DNA from: Candidatus Aenigmatarchaeota archaeon
GTDB lineage: Archaea > Aenigmatarchaeota > Aenigmatarchaeia > Aenigmatarchaeales > Aenigmatarchaeaceae
DNA length: 64,000 nt
Assembly (NCBI GenBank): GCA_043802485.1
Contig: JAZDKZ010000007.1
Location: forward strand, 32,001 to 96,000
Reading direction: 5' to 3'
Below the pieces are notes generated by a model. That model did no database searches, was not told the DNA's origin, and saw only the letters and a program-made list of their open reading frames with translations. Positions 29,113 to 38,947 of the stretch are shown piece by piece; position 1 is the first letter of the stretch, and each line of letters begins with the position of its first letter. Made by a program: the position numbers and the translations under genes.

Positions 29113-30162
29113 TCATGTACTGCAACAACATTTGCCTTCATCTTGGCAATCAATTGCCATAAAATTGCAGGTTCCACCAGTACAATCTCCTGTATCGATA
29201 CACCTACCTGTACTAAGTGTGAACATTTCAGAGCACAGTGTTCCTTCTTCAGTCCCAGTTTCTTCGCTAGAACCACCAGAAGTTTCAGTGACCAATCTGC
29301 TTGGTTTAACTTTTACAGTAACAGACTTGTCTATCATGTATGTGTATTCTGCGGTTATGTTCATGGTCTCTATGCTTATGGGCTGGCCTATATTGTCAGT
29401 TGTAAAGTAGCAGGTCTTCCTCGGCGCCTTGTTGTTTATGAAGTTCAACTTGTCGCCACTGGAGCCACCAGCGCATGATGTAATTCGCATGTTTCCGGCA
29501 CCATTGACTTGTATGCTGTTGTCGTTGTTGTAGACTGTCAGGAAGCCATCCCCAACGTTGTAATAATCAATGTAAAAGCTGTATTCGCTAGTATCCGCTA
29601 AAAAGGGCTGCTTTTCAGGAAAGGTCAGCACTATGTTAAAGGGCGATTTCGAAGAGCTTTTCTGCACAGGAATGTTGTACAAAGTACCCTTTACCTGCCT
29701 CGACAAGTACTCGTCCTGGGACAGCACCACAATGTCATTATAGAGCGTTAAATCGCTCGTGAAAGTAGCACTTATCTTGATTTCACAGTCCTTCTCAAGG
29801 CGCGTATAACCTGTTTCCCATTCCCATCTCCAACTATCAGACTGATTAGGCTTCAGAGTACCGATATTTCTGACTGAAGCAGTTCTCTCAGAACCTTCAT
29901 CAGTTATAAAAACGCAAGTGTCATAAGCCTTCACACTCAAACCCCTTATTTCAAAAGCATTGTTGTTTGTCACATCAATTATCAGATTCAATGTTCTGTA
30001 TGGAACGACCTCGGTAGGTATTGTTTGAACATTAAAGTCAAGATACTGGACTTGGCTTAGACTCTGACCGCTGGGAAGCGACGGCAACGGCAGGTCAAAT
30101 GGCATGCCAGCGCACATAGAAGTAAACAACAATAGCAACAGCAAAGCATAGAGATACTTCAT
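29113..30162 (-). CDS. predicted lipoprotein/secreted protein, member 3, with Cys-rich tail
   Basis: FTSMC motif; SP...NVGDG...YTY pattern; C-terminal 8-Cys module. Confidence 0.75.
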   Translation of the reverse strand: MKYLYALLLLLLFTSMCAGMPFDLPLPSLPSGQSLSQVQYLDFNVQTIPTEVVPYRTLNLIIDVTNNNAFEIRGLSVKAYDTCVFITDEGSERTASVRNIGTLKPNQSDSWRWEWETGYTRLEKDCEIKISATFTSDLTLYNDIVVLSQDEYLSRQVKGTLYNIPVQKSSSKSPFNIVLTFPEKQPFLADTSEYSFYIDYYNVGDGFLTVYNNDNSIQVNGAGNMRITSCAGGSSGDKLNFINNKAPRKTCYFTTDNIGQPISIETMNITAEYTYMIDKSVTVKVKPSRLVTETSGGSSEETGTEEGTLCSEMFTLSTGRCIDTGDCTGGTCNFMAIDCQDEGKCCCST

Positions 30163-30192
30163 AAAGAATAATTAGAGCCTATTAAAATAAGT

Positions 30193-31113
30193 TTATGCTG
30201 TCAACGGGTTGACATTCACGCTAACTTCCTTCAACACCTCGTACACATAACTGTGGAAATAGGCGTTCAAAAAGTACGTCTGCTCTATGTCCACTTTGTC
30301 CTCTCCTGGAACCATCAAGGAGCACTTTATTTTGTATGTCTTCTTCCCGACAAGCGGAATTGAATCAATGTTAGTATAATAACCAGCATAACCAGACGGC
30401 CCCATAGCTGCGCAATCACTTTCAATCACATCAAACCCACCAGGAATTCCGAGAAAAAGCTCTCCCTGAGCAACCTCATCAAAAAGACCACTGCCTTTGT
30501 TCTGAACTGTGATATAGACAGGCAGGATGCTTCCTGTCCTAATTGGCAAGGCAGCGCCCAGCTCCATGTATATCTTGATAGGTCCTCTGCCAACAGTCAG
30601 TGTCGGGATGAAGGTCGTGAACTCTCCTGCCTGCTGCAGCTGTGTGTACCTTTCACTGCTAATCACATTCACCTCTATCTCAGACTCTGAAAAATAGCTA
30701 TAGCTGACTTTGAACCTAACCGGACAAGCTGTCTTTATGTAGGCGATATCCTGACTTATAGGGGTCTTGAAGGTCCATTCGACGAATTCTACCTGGCCCG
30801 GAACAAAGGGATCAACGAATGTTCTACTTTTCAAACCTGTTATCGGGTCTCCGCACAGACCAGCGTCCAGAACACGGTAACTGACATCATAAACAGGGTC
30901 ATCTTCCTCGTAATTGACTATATTGAACGACAAAGAAAATTGGTCTCCTGCAATTATGGGCGGTGCTGGGAGGACGTTAATATTCTCGACGCTTATCACA
31001 TCCTCGGGCATCTCCTTCACTTCTTCCTTTTGCCCAAAGATGTTAAAGCCTGGCAGTCCCGTGCAACCCGAGACTAGCAAAACCAGAACCAAAAGCGCGA
31101 TTATTTTTCTCAT
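30193..31113 (-). CDS. predicted lipoprotein, member 4
   Basis: LVSGC; YSY...GPI...NKGSG...YVY pattern. Confidence 0.8.
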   Translation of the reverse strand: MRKIIALLVLVLLVSGCTGLPGFNIFGQKEEVKEMPEDVISVENINVLPAPPIIAGDQFSLSFNIVNYEEDDPVYDVSYRVLDAGLCGDPITGLKSRTFVDPFVPGQVEFVEWTFKTPISQDIAYIKTACPVRFKVSYSYFSESEIEVNVISSERYTQLQQAGEFTTFIPTLTVGRGPIKIYMELGAALPIRTGSILPVYITVQNKGSGLFDEVAQGELFLGIPGGFDVIESDCAAMGPSGYAGYYTNIDSIPLVGKKTYKIKCSLMVPGEDKVDIEQTYFLNAYFHSYVYEVLKEVSVNVNPLTA

Positions 31114-31144
31114 CTTATCATTCCTTTTTTGTTAGATTAAACCC

Positions 31145-33628
31145 TTATGTCCCAAAGGGGGCAATAGCAACCTGTATATTGACGTTCTTAGTGTCCATGT
31201 ATTCGTACGAGGCCACGCCTGTTATCAGCCTTGTTATTATGCTTTGATCATCAAAACCGTCGAGGTTAGGCTTTATTAAAAAGACCACGGTCCTGTATTC
31301 ACCAGGACCTATCTGAGGTATTCTATTATCAATATCAGAAAAGTAAGTACATGTTATTTCACCGCTACCAAATGTATCACCTTCTGTACAACCACTAAAT
31401 GTAGACGCTTCTATTTCTATTGGTTGTTCATCATTGAGTATCTGTGGAACGTATATTTTCAAATCATCTACAAAAGTTATGTTTCCCCTGCCTTCGTTCT
31501 TGAGAGAAACTCTTATCAAAGTCTCTTCACCATCCCTTATGGGCTGGCGCTGGCAGTATATGGTAGCCTTGACAGGACCGCCCGTGTACTCTGAAATCAG
31601 TTCCTCTAGCTTTATCTCCCTCGCCTGAAGCAATCTATAATATTCATTCAAAGGTATGACATCAATCGGTATCGAGACATTGACATTGTAATTATAATTG
31701 TAAGACGCCCTGACCTTCACAGTTTCACCGGAATGAGCGTATACAGCTCCAGGTGAACACGATGATGTAGGAGTGTCACAGTTCTCTGCATCAACAGGAC
31801 AACAATAGCCAAGTTCTCCCCAACCATCTCTGCTGAATTTGAACGTAGCGAATTTTATCTCAGTCGGATATATTACTCTGCCCCAATAACAAGAATCAGT
31901 TGATTCCACAGGACTACCAGAATCACTACTACAGGTAATCGGTTCCAAAGACCCTACGGATGTTTCAGGTTCAACGTTTGAAGCAGTCGTTCTTTTCCAG
32001 AAGGCCTCAATGTCAAGATTGATATAGTCAGCATTAAATTCACCACTATTTTCAAGCTCAATATTACCAATCAAGGTCTCCTGATTAGGATCTAAAAGAG
32101 CGGAAAACAGCTCAAACCTACTTACCTCTATAGATCTCTTCGAACCTGTGGTTTTACTCACAGACGCCTGCTTGTCCTGCTGCTGCTTTGCTATAGCTGC
32201 CTGAGGGTTTGTTATCATCAGCCAAGCGTCTGCCATTCCTGTCTGGGCCTGGAAGAGCATATCATCCAAAGGCACAAAAATACTTTCAGTAGCGCTCTGC
32301 ACCTGAGGCCACCAGTAACCGAATATAGCCTGGCCGACGACTCCTGTATACGTGGTTGAGAAGATGAAAAGCGCTATCATTATCGTCATCACTCCCATGG
32401 CAGGCCTTGCCTCTGGACCAGCGCTTATCCCGACAAGCAGAGAAAGGGCGAAAATAAGATAAAACACAATATGAATCATGTCACCTAGATTTCCCCCGCC
32501 GGAGACAAAGAACCACATTGAAAGCATCATGCAAACCAAGAAAAAACCTCTGTCGAAAACTTTGAAAGCCCCGGAGTCTGTCATGCTCTTGTATTTCCCT
32601 ACGACAACTGTAATTTTACTTTCATCCTTATCCCCCTCAACCTGTATGGGGAATGTGATGAAGAACGCGGCCCCCATCCAGCCCAGCGCACTGGCAATAT
32701 TGTTCCCGCTTAATCCCATGCCGCCAAAAGTGAGGAAAAACAGATATGCCAGATATGCACCAAAGCCCAACTTGGCCCATGCCTCTATAGCCTTGGCAGG
32801 CTGTGTGGTCTTGTAGCGTCCTGGCAGAGCAGTGAAATAGAAGAAGAACGCGATCACCAGGGAGATTAAACGATTGAATGCGAAAGTTTGTGCTATTATA
32901 AGGATGTATGCGGTTATCTTGAAGGCAGATTTTGGTACTAGCAACCAGCCTCTTCCGGATACATCTCCTCCTTCTTTTATCGAACCTATGATGTCGTTTT
33001 GACTGGGGAATATGATATAGGCCGGGAAACAGAAAATAAACGCCATCCCTATCAAGGGGAACGAGGGCAAACCAAAAAGCGGCGTGCCGACCATGAAGAA
33101 TACGCCTATCAGAATAGAGATAAAAATCTCATACAGCCTGGCATGGGCTCTTTTGCCAAAGTTTTCATGAAGAGGTGTGGTATCTTCTGGTGTTTCTTGC
33201 TTAGTACCTGCTTTATAGTATTCTATTTCCTGACCACTTTGAGTCCTTGTCAATGCATGTCCTCTGACCTTGTTTTTCCAGTGTTTCATGCTCTTATTGG
33301 CTCTTATCAAAGCGACCCTGTCCCCACTTGCTCTAGCAGCATCAATATCAAACTGAATTTTTTTCATTTGTTCATTTGCTCTATGTAGAATTCCGCCTTG
33401 TCTAGCCTTTCTAACAGCGGTGTTGAAATCCATGCCATTAGCTCTGTACTCATAGAACCTTTGACTCATATACTGGTGCATTTCCGAGCCTTTAGCAGCC
33501 ATTCTCTCGATGTGGGTAAGCATCTTTTGATATTTTTCCCTGCCTTCAAGCTTTTCTAGACTCTTATCTCCTTTAAGCCATCTCTTGCCTTTTGTTGCTC
33601 TTCTCTTTGCCCAGTCCTTTACACCCAT
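31145..33628 (-). CDS. 827-aa polytopic membrane protein with C-terminal domain related to the lipoproteins
   Basis: Basic N-terminus, about 10 TM, then NSGE...YNY...GGPV...NEGRG...YEY. Confidence 0.8.
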   Translation of the reverse strand: MGVKDWAKRRATKGKRWLKGDKSLEKLEGREKYQKMLTHIERMAAKGSEMHQYMSQRFYEYRANGMDFNTAVRKARQGGILHRANEQMKKIQFDIDAARASGDRVALIRANKSMKHWKNKVRGHALTRTQSGQEIEYYKAGTKQETPEDTTPLHENFGKRAHARLYEIFISILIGVFFMVGTPLFGLPSFPLIGMAFIFCFPAYIIFPSQNDIIGSIKEGGDVSGRGWLLVPKSAFKITAYILIIAQTFAFNRLISLVIAFFFYFTALPGRYKTTQPAKAIEAWAKLGFGAYLAYLFFLTFGGMGLSGNNIASALGWMGAAFFITFPIQVEGDKDESKITVVVGKYKSMTDSGAFKVFDRGFFLVCMMLSMWFFVSGGGNLGDMIHIVFYLIFALSLLVGISAGPEARPAMGVMTIMIALFIFSTTYTGVVGQAIFGYWWPQVQSATESIFVPLDDMLFQAQTGMADAWLMITNPQAAIAKQQQDKQASVSKTTGSKRSIEVSRFELFSALLDPNQETLIGNIELENSGEFNADYINLDIEAFWKRTTASNVEPETSVGSLEPITCSSDSGSPVESTDSCYWGRVIYPTEIKFATFKFSRDGWGELGYCCPVDAENCDTPTSSCSPGAVYAHSGETVKVRASYNYNYNVNVSIPIDVIPLNEYYRLLQAREIKLEELISEYTGGPVKATIYCQRQPIRDGEETLIRVSLKNEGRGNITFVDDLKIYVPQILNDEQPIEIEASTFSGCTEGDTFGSGEITCTYFSDIDNRIPQIGPGEYRTVVFLIKPNLDGFDDQSIITRLITGVASYEYMDTKNVNIQVAIAPFGT

Positions 33629-33687
33629 AAAATCATTCTCTCTTTCTCTATAGATATTTCAGAAGCCGTAGATAAAACTTTTGGTGT

Positions 33688-34932
33688 CTAATCGTCTAGA
33701 GTCTCTTCAAGCTCTTCTTCTCCTAACTGCTCTTCTTGGTCTTCTTCAAGCTGCTCTGCTTCAACATCACCGATAGCATTCTCCAGCTCCTTCTCGTCTT
33801 CCTTCTCGAACTGCTCATATTCCTTGTTCAACTCGGCTGTTGCTGCTTCAATATCTCTTTCTTCCTCTCTTTTGAACTGCTCTTCCTCCTCTTTTGTCAG
33901 TTCATTTCCCCTTCCATAATCTTCATAGCCAGCTTCCTTAGCAGCATTTTTTAAAAAATTACCACTTTGCTCCAAAACGTCTTTTCTTTTTGTTCTCAGA
34001 TCCGACATATATTTTATATAAGAACTTTCTTCTTTTGTTAGAATTTTATTGTCTCCTTTTTTTCTTAAAAAAATACGCCTTTCTATAGGAAATTTTTGCT
34101 TTGTACCTGGACCGTAATTGAATTCTTTTCCAAAAAGTTCAAATGTCACATGAACTTGATTTACATTATCAGGACTACGAATTACAAAACAAGCTTCTGA
34201 CGGTTTATCATAAAAAGACTGTGTTTGACTACCCCATCCCAATTGTCTTCCTTTACTGTCAAAAATTATATCTGTTAATTCTTTCCTTGTTTTAGGGTGT
34301 TCATAGCCATATTTATCAGCTAAATAGCATGCAAGTTCGAAACAGTTATCATCTGTTTGATAGTAACGTTTTATTTGTTTTTCAAAAACAACATGTCCTT
34401 GATTTTTTAATTCTTTACCTATTTGTTCTGCATTCTCTTTCCTTTTAGAAAATTCGTTCCCTCTGCCATAACCTTCATAATCGGCCTCTTTGGCTTGTCT
34501 ATCGAAGAATTTTTTAACAAAATCAAAAGTATTGCCTTTTTTATTATTCTCTGTTTTTTTGCGTCTTGGAAAGGAACCACTCTTATCTTTCAAAAGCGAA
34601 CCCAAAGGAATAAACTTATCTTCAGCTTCCCTTTCCTTCATTGTCTTTTCTACAAGTCTCCTGAAATCTGGAAAATCTGAACTTAAAGAGGTTTTAGTAT
34701 CTGAAAAATCTGAACCAGCAAAACCCCTTGGTATTACGAAAGACTTGTCCATAATCTTTAGAAAGGTCCTCAACTCATCTTCGCTCAAGGTTTTCAGATA
34801 AGAAGACTGTATAGATTCGTGTCTTTCAAACATAATGTTATTCAACTTTTCAAGTTTTCTAGGCTCAAAACTTCTTATAAGGTCTTCTCGGCTTTCTTCT
34901 TTATTTTTTCTAAACCTATTAAACAATCCCAT
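33688..34932 (-). CDS. low-GC hypothetical protein with internal repeat, possible Cys/His catalytic domain and acidic tail
   Basis: AKEAxYExYGRGNE twice; DNCFELA...VHVTF; Glu-rich C-terminus. Confidence 0.7.
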   Translation of the reverse strand: MGLFNRFRKNKEESREDLIRSFEPRKLEKLNNIMFERHESIQSSYLKTLSEDELRTFLKIMDKSFVIPRGFAGSDFSDTKTSLSSDFPDFRRLVEKTMKEREAEDKFIPLGSLLKDKSGSFPRRKKTENNKKGNTFDFVKKFFDRQAKEADYEGYGRGNEFSKRKENAEQIGKELKNQGHVVFEKQIKRYYQTDDNCFELACYLADKYGYEHPKTRKELTDIIFDSKGRQLGWGSQTQSFYDKPSEACFVIRSPDNVNQVHVTFELFGKEFNYGPGTKQKFPIERRIFLRKKGDNKILTKEESSYIKYMSDLRTKRKDVLEQSGNFLKNAAKEAGYEDYGRGNELTKEEEEQFKREEERDIEAATAELNKEYEQFEKEDEKELENAIGDVEAEQLEEDQEEQLGEEELEETLDD

Positions 34933-34962
34933 GGTTTAGATTTGTTAAAGTCAGCATATAAA

Positions 34963-35742
34963 TTATCCAAAGAACAAAACAACCTGGGCAGACGTGATGT
35001 TATACGTCGTGTCAACCTCTGTCGACAAATCCAGCTTATTGGTGCCTACTTTCAGAGTGTCAATGGCAAAGTCAGTATACACGGGCGTCCAGCCAGAATA
35101 TATCTCCACTCCATTTATCATGACATTAATATTGCCCTTGCCATCTCTAGTACCGAATATGAGCAGCCTTGCCCTGCTCAGGCTCTCTGCCTCATGCTCG
35201 GTCACTTCAAAGTCAAAGGACTGGGTCTTCTTGCTCTCATAATTGACAGAAACATCCATGTCCAGTATGTAGACGGTCGGCGCCCACATCTTCCAGCCGG
35301 AGCTCTCGGCAACAACCTTGATGTTATTGTTGCTCTCAATGATAGAACCATCAAGACTTATCGTCTTCTCCCCTATGCCAGGCGCTCCCTTGTAGACCTG
35401 CTCGTCGTTCACATAGACGAACAGGTTACCGTAATAGTTGGAGTTCCATATCTTCATCTTCAGAACGCCCTCTGTGACATCCCCGGCATTGTCGACATCA
35501 AAATCCTTCATCTGCTCTAGATGTGAGAACAATCCGTTGTTGACCTCGCCGCCAAAAGACAGTATATCCTCATGCCCGACATTGTAGGAGACAGTAAAGT
35601 CCATGCCCAACATCTCTGTCCTGCTTGATTGGGATATGCCTGTACTTCCGGCTGCAAAAAAGTCGAAACCACCACCGAAGGCCAGCAGCAGCACTATGAG
35701 TCCCAACACTGCTGCTACCAGAACAGGAATAAAGTCAGGCAT
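34963..35742 (-). CDS. membrane-anchored beta-rich hypothetical protein
   Basis: N-terminal TM, two VYVND/VMING...Y.G-type beta repeats. Confidence 0.75.
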   Translation of the reverse strand: MPDFIPVLVAAVLGLIVLLLAFGGGFDFFAAGSTGISQSSRTEMLGMDFTVSYNVGHEDILSFGGEVNNGLFSHLEQMKDFDVDNAGDVTEGVLKMKIWNSNYYGNLFVYVNDEQVYKGAPGIGEKTISLDGSIIESNNNIKVVAESSGWKMWAPTVYILDMDVSVNYESKKTQSFDFEVTEHEAESLSRARLLIFGTRDGKGNINVMINGVEIYSGWTPVYTDFAIDTLKVGTNKLDLSTEVDTTYNITSAQVVLFFG

Positions 35743-35780
35743 AAATGTATTTAAAATATCTAAGAATAAAAATATACCTT

Positions 35781-36788
35781 ATGCTCTCTTCCATGGACTT
35801 GAAGCACAATATGGTCAAAGTCACGCCGCAGAACAGGAACGACCTTTTCATACTCAACGAACTGATAACGCCGGACAGTCTTGTCACTGCCCGCTCTCCA
35901 AGGAGCATCAAGGTGAGGAGGGGCGACAGGATGGAACGGGCAAAGACTGGTAGAAAAGAAGTCCTGATGAAGGTTGTCGTGGAAAAGACCGAAATAAAGG
36001 AGCACCTGAGGCTCACAGGCAAGATTCTTGAAGCGCCGGACATTGTTGACAAGGGATATCACACCATTGACGTCGAGCCGGGTAAATTGCTGACGATTGA
36101 GAAGGAGTGGAGGTCCTGGGAGATAGACAGATTGAAAGCTGCCGAGATAAAGTCAGAACCTGTTCTTGTCTGCGTTCTGGATGACGAAGAGGCTGATTTC
36201 TATTTCCTGAAGGAAAGATACAAGCACCTGCTCAGCATGAGATCTGAAGTTTCTGGCAAGGCATTCGACACCAGGAATGCTGAAAACAAGAGAAAGGAAT
36301 ACTATGAGAACCTGATAAAGAAGCTAAAGGTAAAATCATCCAATGTGAAGAAGATAATAATAGCAGGCCCTGGCTTCACCAAAGAGGACCTGCAGAACGT
36401 TATCAAGGCAAAGGAAAAAAACATGCTGGAAAAGATAATGGTAAAACCAACTTACCAGACAGGTAAATTAGGTCTCCAGGAGCTGCTCCGCCAGGGCTTG
36501 CTGGAGAAACTGGGCAAGATGAGCAGGGTTGAGGAAGAGTCCAAGGCTGTTGAGGCCATAATCGAGGGCATTGGCAAAGGCAAGACCATACAGGGGATTG
36601 ACGTAAAGGATGCTATTGAAGCAGGCAAGGTCAGCATGCTCCTTGTCTCTGACAACAAGATAAGGGACTATGAGGAACTGCTGAACCTAGCAGACGAGAT
36701 GAAGGCAAAGATAATGATAATTTCTTCCAACCATCCGGCAGGAGAAAGATTGCTGGATCTGGGCGGAATAGCCGCTTTATTGTCCTAG
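35781..36788 (+). CDS. pelA: pelota (Dom34) mRNA surveillance protein
   Basis: LRLTGKI, GYHTIDVEPG, IAGPGFTK, HPAGERLLDLGGIAALL; start uncertain. Confidence 0.92.
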   Translation: MLSSMDLKHNMVKVTPQNRNDLFILNELITPDSLVTARSPRSIKVRRGDRMERAKTGRKEVLMKVVVEKTEIKEHLRLTGKILEAPDIVDKGYHTIDVEPGKLLTIEKEWRSWEIDRLKAAEIKSEPVLVCVLDDEEADFYFLKERYKHLLSMRSEVSGKAFDTRNAENKRKEYYENLIKKLKVKSSNVKKIIIAGPGFTKEDLQNVIKAKEKNMLEKIMVKPTYQTGKLGLQELLRQGLLEKLGKMSRVEEESKAVEAIIEGIGKGKTIQGIDVKDAIEAGKVSMLLVSDNKIRDYEELLNLADEMKAKIMIISSNHPAGERLLDLGGIAALLS

Positions 36789-37351
36789 TCAACGACAGGA
36801 TAGACATAGTTGGTGAAGCACAATGCTACCAGAGCAGTGCCGAATTTTTTCTCCGGCACAAAGCTTCTTGATATCACTTTGATGTCCCTCAAATCATACT
36901 TGTCGTCAAAGCCGTTGGTATAGAGCTCTTTCAGGCTTGCCCTTAGACTTTGCACAGCAAAGTCTTCAGTGTCATGCCCGTTGTATTCACATACAAGACC
37001 GCCGTACTTTTCACCAGTCGTCCTGTCATACAGCCAGCCGAAGATGATTCCCACTGTAGCTGTCTGGCCCTTTTCTGCGTTGGCGCAGGCCATTATCGTC
37101 TCCATCACAGAGCCGTGCACGAAATCAGCTGGTCTGGGCACCTCTTGGGCGATGGCAGGAAGTATGGAAGAATAGGTCATTATGTTGAAGCTCTCTATGC
37201 CAGCATCCTTCAAGGCAAGATGATAAGAGCCTGCATGGACAGTTATGTCGCTCTGGCCGACGCCAGTTGTTATGAAAAAGTCCTTTGGAACTCTGTTGCC
37301 TATCTTTATCTGCTTTACAGCGAGCTGGCTTTGGAGGAAGTTTTTTATCAT
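36785..37351 (-). CDS. pdaD: pyruvoyl-dependent arginine decarboxylase
   Basis: ALKDAGIESFNIMTYSSILP (SS cleavage site), GGLVCEY. Confidence 0.9.
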   Translation of the reverse strand: MIKNFLQSQLAVKQIKIGNRVPKDFFITTGVGQSDITVHAGSYHLALKDAGIESFNIMTYSSILPAIAQEVPRPADFVHGSVMETIMACANAEKGQTATVGIIFGWLYDRTTGEKYGGLVCEYNGHDTEDFAVQSLRASLKELYTNGFDDKYDLRDIKVISRSFVPEKKFGTALVALCFTNYVYPVVD

Positions 37352-37476
37352 ATTATCACACGATTGTCTTAGAAAAAGTATCTATGAAAACAATTCTGCT
37401 ATTTTTAATTTGGTACTCCGCTTTTAATTTTTATTAAAATAGATAATCTGCCCAAGTTTATAAAAATATCACTGAG

Positions 37477-37579
37477 TGGACCGGAGGGGACTCGAACCCC
37501 TAACCTCTTATGGCCCTGAAGGGTTTCCATTTTGGTTTAGATTGCCAAGGAAGCGATCTTCCAGTTGATCTACCGGCCC
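37477..37579 (-). tRNA. tRNA-Ala(GGC) with two introns: 37/38 (37530-37542) and 42/43 (37508-37524)
   Basis: Removing both gives a 73-nt cloverleaf; central helices TTGG/CCAA and ATGG/CCAT. Confidence 0.88.
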
Positions 37580-37618
37580 TGTTATTTAGAATAAAACTTT
37601 CCTAAATTTATAAATGAG

Positions 37619-37728
37619 TGGGCCGGGCAGGACTCGAACCTGCGATATTCACCGTGTAAGGGTGACGTATGCCATTGTTCCAAGGGCTCAACCCTAAGAA
37701 ACAATCATAGCCGCTAGACCACCGGCCC
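37619..37728 (-). tRNA. tRNA-Val(TAC) with 37-nt D-arm intron at 23/24 (37669-37705)
   Basis: 73-nt spliced product; GCTA/TGGC helix, TTGTTTC/GGAACAA intron helix. Confidence 0.88.
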
Positions 37729-37847
37729 TTGCTTATTTAATTAATTCAAATCAATTTAAAAGTTTACTGTAGGGCTTAAAGAAAAGAAATACTAGCCGGA
37801 AATTTAAATCCTTTTAACTTATACAAAAAGAAAGAAAAAAGTGGATG

Positions 37848-37987
37848 TGGGCGAGGGGAGATTCGAATTCGGTAGCTCTCATCCACAAGAGCTTCTCCCG
37901 ACCTCCAGTTTCTACAGAACACAGCCAACAAAAAGGACTGACGTCCTCTTATAAGACTGGCGCTCTGCCAGGCTAAGCTACCCGCCC
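37848..37987 (-). tRNA. tRNA-Ile(TAT) with introns at 38/39 (37910-37948) and 53/54 (37868-37894)
   Basis: 74-nt spliced product, CCAGT-CTTATAA-ACTGG and GGGAG-TTCGAAT-CTCCC. Confidence 0.85.
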
Positions 37988-38023
37988 GTTAAGGATTTAT
38001 TTTGTCTTCAGCAATTTAAAAAT

Positions 38024-38917
38024 ATGTTTAATGTAAGGCAACAAGTCAAAATGTTCCTTGAAAAGAGCGACTATGTGATTTGTGAGTACAGGGGATGCTT
38101 TGACATAGCCGCGCAGAAAAACGTATTATTGTTGCTGAAAATTCTATTGAACGTGGACTCGTTCCAGCAGGAGCAGGCCAGAAACCTGAAGATAATCTCG
38201 AACAATCTTGACGCGCATCCCATGCTGATAGGGGTTCAGACAACCAGGGAGAAGCTAAAGCATGGCATAGTGTACGAAAGGTATGACTTGCCGACATTAT
38301 CATTAAAGACGTTCGAGGACTTGATATGCAGTTCAATCTATCCAAGAATATACAGGGACCGCGGAGGCCTGTATGTTGAGATAGATTCTGACGTGCTAAA
38401 GGACTCCAGAAAAAGGAAAGGTTTGACACAAAGAGAATTGGCAGAGGCTGTAGGCATAAACAAAAAAGCGATATATGAGCACGAGAAGAAGCAGCTGAGG
38501 ATGATGCTTGACATTGCCGAGAAGCTGGAAAGGATACTCGACAACAGGATTATAACAAAGACCGAGGTCTTCAAGAAATATGAGGAACACGGCAAGCCTG
38601 AAGGCACCTTGGAGAAAATGGTTGGCAATAATCTGGAAAAACTGGGCTTCAAGACAGACTATGTCAAGCAGGCGCCGTTCGATGTCTTTGCCAGAGAAAG
38701 GGCGCTGGTCATATCCAACATCGAGATCAACAAAAGGAAGATGATAAAGAACGCCGCAGACCTCAGGGACTTTATCAAGGTGGTGAAAAAACCTGCTGTT
38801 ATGATAACCGACAAGACTGAAGAAGAGGAGATACACGGAATCCCTGTTATCGACAAAGCAGAACTGGAAAGCATGGAAAAGAAAGACCTGATAAAGAAGG
38901 CGAAAAAAGCGATTTAA
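38024..38917 (+). CDS. archaeal Cro/C1-HTH transcriptional regulator (COG1395-like)
   Basis: CFDIAA, LLKILLNVDS, RGGLYVEID, LTQRELAEAVGI, APFDV. Confidence 0.85.
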   Translation: MFNVRQQVKMFLEKSDYVICEYRGCFDIAAQKNVLLLLKILLNVDSFQQEQARNLKIISNNLDAHPMLIGVQTTREKLKHGIVYERYDLPTLSLKTFEDLICSSIYPRIYRDRGGLYVEIDSDVLKDSRKRKGLTQRELAEAVGINKKAIYEHEKKQLRMMLDIAEKLERILDNRIITKTEVFKKYEEHGKPEGTLEKMVGNNLEKLGFKTDYVKQAPFDVFARERALVISNIEINKRKMIKNAADLRDFIKVVKKPAVMITDKTEEEEIHGIPVIDKAELESMEKKDLIKKAKKAI

Positions 38918-38947
38918 TAGTATAGAAGACCAATTATTATTGATTCT

